Positions 53,525-64,000 of a stretch of 64,000 nt of DNA are shown in pieces (positions within the stretch are counted from its first letter, which is position 1; each line of letters begins with the position of its first letter). The translations under genes and the position numbers were made by a program. The notes under the pieces were generated by a model. That model saw only the letters and a program-made list of their open reading frames with translations. It ran no database searches and was not told the origin of the DNA. The stretch is taken from contig NC_043014.1 of assembly GCF_006345805.1 (NCBI RefSeq), forward strand, positions 34,162,001-34,226,000, written 5' to 3'. This stretch comes from Octopus sinensis. Lineage: Eukaryota.

Positions 53525-54651
53525 TTAAACCTTTCATTACTATATATCTGACCAAAATACACCCCTCATGAGTTTCAGTTAAATTCTAAAATAATCATGA
53601 ATTTAGACTAGTTTCATTAAACTGTAACTTTTTTTACATAACATTAATGTGATATTTGGAACATAATTAAAGAAAGGGTTCTTAATCAATTCTATTGCAT
53701 AACTTTTGTCTCAAAGTGACTCTAATTACAAGTAAATCCAGGTATACTGAGCAAAAAGGTAAAAATATAAAAATTTTGTTTAAACATCACCATAGAAAAT
53801 GAATCATCAGCTAATATTCAATACGGTATGCAACAAAATTTTCACAAATGTACTAACGAGATTGGTGCTTACATACACGTAAGCACAGGTGTGGCTGTGT
53901 GGTAAGAAGTTTGCTTCCCAACCATAACAATGGGTACTTTTGGCCAGCTACGGCCAGGTTGGTCTTATGAACCAAAAAAATTTTTTGGCCAGCTACAGCC
54001 GGGTTAGTATCCAAAGGATTATGAGTAAATCATTTACTAATCAGCCAAATTATTGATTGCCAAAAGAAAATAACAGATGAAAGGCAAAGGAGAAACTGAG
54101 CCAGAAGAAATGGAAGCTTTTTCTGTTGAAGATGCCTATGTGAGTGATAGAGTAAATGGAATATATGTAGAAACTGATGCCACTTAGAAAAAAATTTGAA
54201 ATATAGTGAATGTAGAAGAGATGGTTATAGGTAAAGGGTGCCATTTGTATTTCAAACACAAATCAGTAGGACTTCTGCATCAACATGCACAACAGGCTTC
54301 CACAGTTTCTATTTACCAATTCCACATACTGTGATCAGCCTGGGGCTATAGAAAACATGCCGAAGCTGCCAGACAATGAAACTCAACCCAAAACCATATG
54401 GTCATTAAGCAAATTTTGTAACCAGGCAGCTGTGATTGTGAACTAGGTTCATTGTTAGAATTGACCTTTGTATTTATTTCCACTAATTGCTCACTGGGGT
54501 CAGTAACTCAAACTTCCTTTCTTAAAACCCAATTCTCACAGAGAGGAACAAAGGTTGCATAAATATGCACTAGCTGATATGGTGGCAGCTTCCTGAAGTG
54601 TTAATCCATAGGTTCAGACCAGTGTTAAGTTACCTATTCTACTGATACTCC

Positions 54652-55675
54652 TTGACAGTCATCAGCATTATCAGATTCTGAGAATCATCAGCATTATCAA
54701 GCCTGACAATCATCAGCATTATCAAGCCTGGCAGTCAGCAGCATTATCAAGTCTGACAGTCAGCGGCATTATCAAGTCTAATAGTCAGCAGCATTATCAA
54801 GCCTGGCAAATCATCAGCATTATCAAGTCTGACAATCATCAGCATTAACAAGCCTGGCAATCATCAGCATTATCAAGCCTGGCAATCATCAGCATTATGA
54901 AGCCTGACAATCATCAGCATTATCAAGCCTGGCAATCATCAGCATTATCAAGCCTGACAATCATCAGCATTATCAAGCCTGACAATCATCAGCATTATCA
55001 AGCCTGACAATCATCAGCATTATCAAGCCTGGCAATCATCAGCATTATCAAGCCTGGCAATCATCAGCATTAACAAGTCTGACAATCATCAGCATTATCA
55101 AGTCTGACAATCATCAGCATTATCAAGCCTGACAATCATCAGCATTATCAAGCCTGACAATCATCAGCATTATCAAGCCTGACAATCATCAGCATTAACA
55201 AGTCTGATAATCATCAGCATGATCAAGCCTGACAATCATCAGCATGATCAAGCCTGACAATCATCAGCATTATCAAGCCTGACAATCATCAGCATTATCA
55301 AGCCTGGCAATCATCAGCATTATCAAGCCTGGCAATCATCAGCATTATCAAGCCTGACAATCATCAGCATTATCAAGCCTGGCAATCATCAGCATTATCA
55401 AGCCTGGCAATCATCAGCATTATCAAGCCTGACAATCATCAGCATTATCAAGCCTGGCAATCATCAGCATTATCAAGCCTGACAATCATCAGCATTATCA
55501 AGCCTGACAATCATCAGCATTATCAAGTCTAATAGTCAGCAGCATTATCAAGTCTGACAGTCAGCGGCATTATCAAGCCTGACAGTCATCAGCATTATCA
55601 AGCCTGACATTCATCAGCATTATCAAGCCTGACATTCATCAGCATTATCAAGCCTGAGAATCATCGGCATTATGA
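54652..55675. repeat. 25-bp minisatellite, ~40 copies, in a USP10 intron
   Basis: Unit G(A/G)CAATCATCAGCATTATCAAGCCT with a 25-nt period; more diverged units at both edges. Confidence 0.95.
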
Positions 55676-56085
55676 AGAAAGGGATCAAAATAGCTGACTG
55701 GTCCAAATACTTGCAGTTAATTCCGATAAAAGCATCTTAGGAACAGGAACTGGTTAACCCAGGATGTATAATAGCATAAAATACATTTAAATATTGACAA
55801 AATATTTAGAAAAATTATGTCATATTCATTTGCTTAACTTTTGGTTAATATTAATTCAAATTTTTTCCATTATATAACAATGTGGGAATGACAAATGTAC
55901 ATCCAGAACAGAACTACTCGTAGATGGAATAAAAATTACAACTGAGACCATTCTGCTAAGTTAAACAAAAAAATTTGGAAATTAAAAATCAAACAAAGTT
56001 TCAGTTTATATAATCAACTATGCTGAAAGCTTCAGCTATTAAATCTAATACTGAAATTCCAGTTATAAACAAATCAGATAATTAC

Positions 56086-56194
56086 CTGAGTGATTAGGAT
56101 TGTTATTTGCAACATTTACCACAGCAAGCATCTCTTCATGAAGTTTGTTTAACACAAAACTCAAAAACTCCTCAGCATCTTCTTGCTTCCCAAA
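56086..56194 (-). CDS. USP10: USP10 exon (QEDAEEFL box)
   Basis: FGKQEDAEEFLSFVLNKLHEEML..; phase 0-1. Confidence 0.93.
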
Positions 56195-56616
56195 CTAAAA
56201 AAAAAAAATTAGAAACAAAATGAAAATAATGAACTACTGCTTGAGAGAGAAAGAGAGAGAATAATCAACACACAAGTTTATACTGCTGCTAGTACTCTTG
56301 TAAGCACTCAGAGACTAAGACTCATGAGCTGGGACTAAAATCAAGTTTCTGTAGTGAGAAAGGGAGAGAATGAATCTACAGAAAAAGATCAAAAACATGA
56401 GGAAAACTAAAGGCAAATCTCAGAATGCTGATTGTCACAAAGGAGATAACAAAGGACCAAATGTGGCAAGGCAGATCCTATGTTAGAAAAGACCTATCTG
56501 ACTCAGCATGGTAATCTGATAATGAAGACTGTTTTATAACATCTTAGGTCTTCCAAATTATCTGAAAATGAAGAACATAGTGTAATTGCCAGAACTTTAG
56601 ACAAGGTTTAGACATT

Positions 56617-57000
56617 GTGGAGGCACAATGGCCCAGTGGTCAAGACAGCGGATTTGCAGTCATAGAATCGCGGTTTCGATTCCCAGACCAAGTGTTGTGA
56701 GCATTTATAGAGCGAAAACACCTAAAGCTCCTCGAGGCTCTGGCAGGGGAGGGGGCCACCCCTGCTGTGCTCTTTCACCACAACTTTCTCTCACTCTTTC
56801 TTCCTGTTTCTGTTGTACCTGTATTTCAAAAGGGCCAGCCTTGTCACACCGTGTTACGCTGAATCTCCCTGAGAACTACTTTAAATGTACACGTGTCTGT
56901 GGAGTGCTCAGCCACTTGCATGTCAATTTCACGAGAAGGCCATTCCGTTGACCAGATCAACTGGAGCCCTCATAGTTGTAACTGACAGAGTGCCACAAAG
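56617..57000 (+). mobile_element. Family-C-headed SINE in a USP10 intron
   Basis: 'gtggaggcacaatggcccagtggt..gtttcgattccc' head as at 16262. Confidence 0.75.
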
Positions 57001-57329
57001 ACAAATACATCTTAAACTCAGAAATGTGATCAAACGTGAATGAGCAGTCCAAAAACATGCCATAAAATACCACAAGCTCCTCAAAAATAGCCTAGAATCC
57101 ATTTTAATCTAAACTGCAGCCACAAACGGCATAACTTGCATTTAACCCTAATTATGGCTTAACCCTTTAGCATTTAAAGAGGCCATATCCAAAATAGTCT
57201 ATTTTATGTTCAAGCAGGCCAGATCCGGCATCTCACTCCCATCCTACAATGTCATTGTAAAATAAACAATCACATCATAAAAATCTCAGAGCTATGAGAA
57301 TGCATGATTAATTAAAAACAAAGTAAATA

Positions 57330-57690
57330 GGCGCCGGAGCAGCTGTGTGGTAAGAAGGTTTGCTTCCCAGCTACATGGTTCCGGGTTAAGTCCAACTGCA
57401 TGACACCTTGGGCAAGTGTCTTCTACTATAGCCTAGGGCCAACTAAAGCCTTGAGTCGATTTGGTAGACGGAAACTGAAACAAGCCCATCCTATATATAT
57501 ATTTGTGTGTGTGTCTGTTTGTCCCCTCACCATTGCTTGACAACTAATGTTAGTGTGTTAGCAGTTCAGCAAAAGAGATTGATAAATTAAGTACTAGGCT
57601 TTTAAAGAATAAGTCCTGAGGTCGATTTCCTCAACTAAAGGTGGTGCTCCAGCATGGCTGCAGTCAAATGACTGAAATATGTAAATGAGT
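57330..57690 (+). mobile_element. Family-B SINE, CpG-decayed, nested in a TTAA-type MITE
   Basis: Head 'gctgtgtggtaagaag..ggttccgggtt'; tail 'ggtggtgctccagcatggctgcagtcaaatgactgaaa'. Confidence 0.75.
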
Positions 57691-58018
57691 AAATAATCTG
57701 AATGCTAATAGGTTCTGGTGTAAAAATATAGCAATCAATTGTCGAAATTATATTTTTGGTTCCAGTACATTACACTTGAGAAAATATTGATTTGGAAATG
57801 ACGTAAGTTATAAAGTTAGATTGTTTTGTAGCTGTTCTGTCAAAACCAAGAGGCAAACCTTTGGAACAGAGACTGCCAGAGAATGAAGATAGGGGAAATA
57901 TGTCAAACATTTCTCAGTTGTATCAGAAAATAGATGATGAACTCTTGAAAGACATCAGCAGAATAGTAAAACTTCTCAAATAAAAGTGTATATTTCACAG
58001 TATACTGAAGATATTCAC

Positions 58019-58125
58019 CTTGAAAGACATGGTAGATTCTATCATGTGCAGCATATTATACACACATGATGGTTCAAAAGGGGGTCCTGGGATTAATTCT
58101 GCAGAAGGTGAGCGTTTCTTAGAAG
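58019..58125 (-). CDS. USP10: USP10 exon
   Basis: ASKKRSPSAELIPGPPFEPSCVYNMLHMIESTMSFK; phase 1-0. Confidence 0.9.
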
Positions 58126-58255
58126 CTGAAGATAAAAGAATGGAAATTAGAACATTTTTACATTAATTAAAGAGTAAACAGAAATGAACAACTTTAAAAA
58201 GAAAGAAAAAGAACTAATTTATTCCACATTCTTAAATTATACAATATAGATTTAC

Positions 58256-58296
58256 CTGAATTAGGCATAGTATTGAACTCATTCATAAACTGGAAC
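58256..58296 (-). CDS. USP10: USP10 41-bp exon
   Basis: (M)FQFMNEFNTMPNS resembles the USP10 F..LMNEF..MP segment; phase 2-1. Confidence 0.88.
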
Positions 58297-58413
58297 CTGA
58301 AAAACAAGATTTTTGTAGAATGTTTACAAAAGACAAAATTATTTCATACATACTTAAAATACAAAATAAAATTTACAAATCTTATACAATAAGATGTAAA
58401 ATGAAATACTTAC

Positions 58414-58523
58414 ATGGCATCTAAAACTGGTGTTGAGCTAGGTCCACGCTGTTTAATTGATACAAGTGGCAACTTTTTTATTAGATGGTAAAAGGGTGGA
58501 CAAGATAAGAGAGCCTGTAAGGT
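58414..58523 (-). CDS. USP10: USP10 exon
   Basis: TLQALLSCPPFYHLIKKLP..RGPSSTPVLDA; phase 0-2. Confidence 0.92.
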
Positions 58524-59990
58524 CTGAGAGCATGGTTAAGGTAAAGTAAAATTATATAAATCAATATCAACAAACTGTTACATTGGACAAAATTTCAACA
58601 CCATACACTAATATTCACATCCATGTCTATTTCTGAAAATCCGTTACTGTTCAAATAGCAGAAAGGAAGCAGAGGGTGTCACATGGAACATGAAAATAAT
58701 TGAAACCTAAAATAAAGCTAATAGAATATATATTCAACCCAGGACTTACGAAAAAAATAAAGCTTTGTAAGTTATTGGTTTCAAATTTTGGCACAAGGCC
58801 AGCAAGTTTGGGGGAGGAAGCCAAGTGAATTAGATCAACCCAAGTACACAACTGGTACTTATTTTATCAACTCCGAAAGGATGAAAGGCAAAATCGATCT
58901 CAGTGGTATTTGAGCACAGAACAAAGATGGACAAAAAGCCATTGAGCATTTTGCCCAGGGTGCTAACAATTGTGCTAGCTCGCCACCTGGAAGTTCAGTT
59001 AAATATTAAAACAGATATTGGTTTCAAATTTTGGCACAAGGTCAACAAGTTCAGGGGAGGGTGCTAAGTCAATTAGATCAACCTCAGTACTCAGCTGGTA
59101 CTTATGTTATTGATCCCAAAAGGATGAAAGGCAAAGTCGACCTCAGTGGTATTTGAACTCAGAACATAAAAACAGACAAAATGCCTATAACCATTTTGCA
59201 TGGCACAATAACAATTCTACCAACTTGCTGCCTTAAAGCTCTGTTAGATATTTAAGCAGATATTGGATAAACATGCCCGTTGTAAAGAGAGCTGTGGGAA
59301 GATATTGTTAGATTTTATTATTTTTTCTTTATATATAACATTTAACTGCACACTTGGTAACTAACTTTGCAAAAAGTTTAGGTGTCACATCAACAACTTG
59401 GAAATTGTTTACATATGACCTCCCTGAGAAAAAGCTTTATATCAGTGGCTCTCAACCATTTTTTGCCTATGGATCACTTTGATTCCTACTCAATGTATAT
59501 TGAAAAAAATCCTAATTAAATATCAGGAACAGCATAAAAAAATTGCTAAAATATTGTATATTATAGAACTATAAGTAATTTATTGCACATAAATTTTAGC
59601 AACAAAATCTTATATGGACCCCCAAGGGCTATATAGACCCTGATTGAGAACCACTACTTTATATAAAGCACTAAAAAGAGCGGTCTTCCTACATATGATA
59701 CTGTAGTAGATTCCATTGTAATTTTAATTATTTTAATATTTACAAAAAAAAAAAAAAAACAGCTGAGTAACAAAAAAGTACTTCATTAAAAGAGACTTCT
59801 AAACTTTTGTCTTCAATATTAATTAGTCATTAGGAAAGATATATGGCTGCAAACAGCTTCAAAAAGGCTCATCCAAACTATATCAGAATGGAAATGCAAA
59901 CATAAAACAGTCATGGAAAGGATCATGTTATTCTTTATATCAATGATGCAACATACTAAGAGGGATAAATCCCTGTAATAGAAAGGATAC
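58524..59990 (-). other. USP10: U12-type (minor spliceosome) GT-AG intron of USP10
   Basis: 5' site GTATCCTTT; branch point TACCTTAAC ending 11 nt before the exon; no strong polypyrimidine tract. Confidence 0.9.
59443..59656. mobile_element. hAT (Charlie-like) MITE, 214 bp
   Basis: Perfect 8-bp TSD CTTTATAT; TIRs CAGTGGCTCTCAAC / ATTGAGAACCACTA; partial second copy at ~60965-61120. Confidence 0.85.
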
Positions 59991-60082
59991 AGCATTGATA
60001 TAACACCAGTTGCCCTTGTTGTTGAGAGCCCGAGGTTGCAGGGCCACAGGTCGGTAGATCAGATTCATATCTTTCAAAGCAG
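59991..60082 (-). CDS. USP10: USP10 exon with catalytic Cys box
   Basis: AALKDMNLIYRPVALQPRALNNKGNWCYINA; phase 1-0. Confidence 0.93.
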
Positions 60083-62045
60083 CTATAAGTAACAAAAGAA
60101 AACAAAAATTAACATTACATAAATCTTACTGATATATGGAAGAAATATTGGTATAAAAACATGTTTATAGAAGAGGAACAAGTTATGATATGCCAATCAC
60201 AATTAAATAAATCACTGAAGGGGAAGTGATGCCATCCACATGGAAAATGATAGTTAAATAAGTACCAACATAATGTAGTGAGCATCAAATATCTAACTAG
60301 AGATAACTGTCTTGCATAATGCATGCATACAGGTGTGCATTATACAAAAGAACTTAAAGTTACCTATTTGTTTATGACCATATTCAAAATAGTTTAAATT
60401 ATCTAATTTCTAGTGTCAAAGCCATCTGGTCTATAATAAACAGTATAAATCACTATAAAGTTATATTTTTCCAGGACAGCAGTAAGTAATACAGTAATTT
60501 TCTAAGTGTGGCTGTAAAATTGTATCGCTCAAAGTTGTCTGCTCTTACACATCAAAATAAACCAGAAAATGTAATAACTGAAATTTAAAACAGCAAAATG
60601 AAGATGTGTACTTAGTTTTTTGTTTATATGCTACTACATACTTCAGTTTGTGTATAAGCACAAGAACATATGTGCTTCTTAAAATTTTACATGTTTTAAT
60701 AACCCACTACAATAAATAATAACACAAAGGCACTTCAGTCTATCTAGTCACATCGTCATCATCATCATTTAATGTCTGTTGTCCATGTGGCACGAGTTGG
60801 ACGGTTTGACCAGGGCTGGCAAATCCATATACCAAATTCACTCACAAGGGTTTGGCCAGCTAAATCAGAGTGGAGTCTGTTGCAGCCTTCCAGCGTGCCA
60901 ACCTTGGTCAAACCATCCAATCCATACTAACATGGTCAATAGATGTTAAATGATGATGATGTACCCCTATAGTCACTTGATGTTTAAGAAATCCTATAAT
61001 ATTTTTATAATTAAATATTATTAGGAACTGTATAAAAAAACTTTAAAAATATCTTGTGTCTTGTAGAAGCATAAGCAATTTATTGCACAAACTTAAACAA
61101 AATCTTATATGGATCCTGGTTGAATTTGAACTCACAATGTAAAGGAACCTAACTAAATAGAAGGCATTTTGTTTAGAACTACCAATTCTGCAAACTGCTG
61201 CCCTTATTACAATGGAACAATAAGCATCAGTATTTACCAGTTTTTAACAGGATAATCAGTGGCACAATGCATCTGACAGCAAAGCATAAAGAAAAGTCTA
61301 ACTCAGCATGCAACAAATATTGCAAACACTGGAGAAAATCATTATTTTTCATTTTCTTGATTTGTTTATACCCTTTGCATAAGATATAAATCAGCAAAAT
61401 ACACACACACAGAGTTGACTTTGCCTTTTGCTCTTTCAGTAAAATACTAGCAGAGGATAGTGGATTAATGGAACTATTAGTGTCAGAAGGTATACATTGC
61501 AGATCAATGTGTTCTGAGTTCAAACCTGACTTCCTGTACTGGAAAAATTGGTTCTTTGAAACCCAGCAAAAACAGTGTTATATTTAGGAAGTCCTTAAGT
61601 GCTCAACTATTTCAGCCTGTCACACTATGGCAACAAACCAGCTAGCAAGAAAACACAAGAAGGCTTTCAAGTCCTATGCAAAAGAATGGAGAAAAAGCCA
61701 AAGTAGATAATGAATTATAATGCAGTCCTTGGACCCATCAGACCTAGCTGAACTGTCCAACTCATACCAGCATGGACGTTAAGTAATACACACACACACA
61801 CACACACACACGCATGCATGGTGGGCTTCCACAGTTTGTCAACTAAATTCCATACAAGATTTTGCTCAACCTGATGTTCTTGAAGGAAATTGCCTTGAAA
61901 TGCTGTGCTGTGGGATCAAACTTGAAGCAGTGTAGTTGCAAAGAATGTACTTCAGCAACACAGACATGTCTGAACTTTCAGACTATAATAATATCACTAT
62001 AATGTACATAAAGTCACAAAATGAAGAGAAAATTTGGATACTTAC

Positions 62046-63506
62046 CTCCAATCTTCATTGCCATCAGGTCCTCGTCAACAGCAACAGGAGTTGGCAGCTG
62101 AGGGGTAGATTCCTTTACAAATTCTCGTTCCGGGCTTGGTTTTGGCACTGTAGCTGATGTCATACCTTTACCTGTTGCAGCCCTGTCCACAGATGCTGGA
62201 GAGGATGTCCGTTTAGAAACAGTCAGCTCATCGTCCCTGTCTGATGTTCCCGAGTACACAACAATACTCTTTGATGTAGTCTCAGTGTTTCTGAACAGAC
62301 CAGCCCAAGACTTCATCTTGGGAAGCTGTGGAGTAGGAGAAATATCTTTGTCTTTAGCTTGGCTAACTGTCTCCACACTCTCTGTTGAGGTCACACTGTC
62401 TGCATCTTTTGTCACATCTACAGTCGGTGTCTGTGACTCTGATTCTAAGCTATTTGGTACATTCTCACCAGCAACTGCTGAACTCTCAACAACAGGTTCG
62501 GCATTTTCAGATTTTGTTTCATTCACATCTGCCAAAGAACTATTTACAACACTGTCAACATGGTCACTAGGCTTGGGTGATTGGTCACTAGGTTGGCTCT
62601 GCAAATTATCATTGTCTGAAGGTGTAGTTGTTGGGAGTGGTTTATCTTTAGCCTGACTGTTAAGTGAATTTGTATCAGATGGAGATTCCTCCCCAGTTTG
62701 GTTACTATTACTCTTTTGGTCAGGAAATGTTATTATATAATGATCATTGTGTAACTTTAACTGTAAGTTATCATTAGGAAGAATACCATTCCCAGAGATT
62801 TCAGAGTCAAAAAAGCTAATAGTTTCCAACATCTGGGTTTCAGTTTCAATTGACTTTTCTAGTTTTCCAGAAGGCACATTATCACAGTCTGGCTTCGCCT
62901 GACCACTCTTGTCAATCATGCTAAAACTAGTTGGATCAACTTTATCAGTTCCGCAATTTTTCACTTGTACTCTCTTGTTACACTGCTTGATGTTTTTCAG
63001 ATCTCCAGATTTCGTCTCTTCTGCTTCAGTTTTCAATGAACCAGACAGGCTGGGTTCAAGCACATTGTTCCCCTCATAGAGTTTGCCATTCTCTTTGACT
63101 GATGTGTTTGTCACGGAGTTTCCAGCGACTGGCATGCTTGGTTGAGACTGGTCGTATTCATGAACTGTATCTACATGGTTGGAAACTGGTGGAATTACAG
63201 AATCATTATTGACCACTTCTAGTGAAGCATCAGAAGGAGGGGGTATGAAGTCATGATTTACCATGGTCAAATTGATGGGAATCATACCAGGAGGAGGCCC
63301 AACCACTGAGGGTCTGTTTATTTGGGGCTGAGAAATGTTGACTGGTTGTGTAAATACCAAAGGTACTAGTGGAGACTGGAAAATAGCACCTCCAGCAGGG
63401 ATGTGAGGAACAGGTCCTGTGCGTGGGTACAGAGTTGCAACAGGAACAACTGAAGGAGGTGGTGGAGGTGGATTACCATTGTAAGCTTCATAAGGAATCA
63501 GATCAT
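62046..63506 (-). CDS. USP10: USP10 large exon (disordered N-terminal region)
   Basis: 1461-bp open exon, Pro/Ser/acidic rich, with KSWAGLF (cf. USP10 KSWASLF); ttttacAG and G|GTAAG boundaries. Confidence 0.88.
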
Positions 63507-63590
63507 CTGTAAAAAGACAATGAAGGTCATGAGTTTTTATATAACTTAGCAAAGCATTATCAGGAAGGGAAATAAACAACATTAACTTAC

Positions 63591-63624
63591 CAGCTAAAGG
63601 AGATCCATCTTTGTCCCATGGAAA
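63591..63624 (-). CDS. USP10: Probable small USP10 exon (FPWDKDGSPLA)
   Basis: tttcAG acceptor and G|GTAAG donor; 84-bp intron joins in phase 1 to the large exon. Start codon not seen in window. Confidence 0.65.
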
Positions 63625-64000
63625 CTGAAATAGATAAAGTTTAGATTTTATTTCTCACCAATAGGTTATGGTATGCATCCAAATTTTTAAACTTGAAGAT
63701 TTTCCATTATGAAAAAAAAACATCAAAAATATAAAAACTATTTTTTAAATTGCTTTTTAAATTTGAGTTTTAAAATTTTTTTTTTTAAACTTGCTAAATA
63801 TGCAGGAAGTGAATTTCATTCCGAATAGCTAGCACAGAAAAGTGCAACTACTGTAGCCAGTGAATAAAATGGAGCTACAAAGAAGACTCAGTAGGATTCA
63901 GAGACTAAAAAAATATAAGTCCATTAGATGTACTGCAAAAAATAGATGCTTCTGCAGGGCTGGTCAGCCTGCTAGAAAGTGCACCAAATGTCTTAAGTCT

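Noticed and set aside
54652-55675. CRISPR-like array
   Set aside because: Contiguous 25-bp units with no unique spacers, no cas genes, and a eukaryotic intron context.
63507-63582. ORF-track start of the 522-aa protein
   Set aside because: It lies in an 84-bp intron; the exon starts at the 63506 acceptor and ends at the 62046 donor.

Overview
Eukaryotic, AT-rich, repeat-dense genomic DNA, very likely Octopus or a related coleoid cephalopod. This is inferred from the tRNA-derived SINE families, Penelope remnants and long (TA)n/(CATA)n microsatellites. Two convergent, intron-containing host genes can be rebuilt by hand with phase-consistent splice sites; both 5' ends appear to lie outside the window. 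(1) Plus strand: the last four coding exons (10092-32461) of a serine beta-lactamase/penicillin-binding-fold protein (gigasin-6-like) with a hydrophobic C-terminal tail and an apparently altered YxN motif. (2) Minus strand: 13 coding exons (63624-42521) of USP10, including a U12-type intron next to the catalytic Cys. The rest is transposon debris: a Helitron with its CTAG 3' end; CRE, RTE, CR1-like and Penelope fragments; a mariner fragment; hAT/piggyBac/Tc2-type MITEs; SINEs; and a 25-bp minisatellite. The most notable signals are minimal hammerhead ribozyme motifs in TA-flanked units, recurrent locally templated inverted insertions, a LINE-SINE shared 3' hairpin, and a CpG-decay boundary near 39 kb. 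No prokaryotic system or CRISPR array is present. Most ORF-track entries are microsatellite or SINE artefacts.
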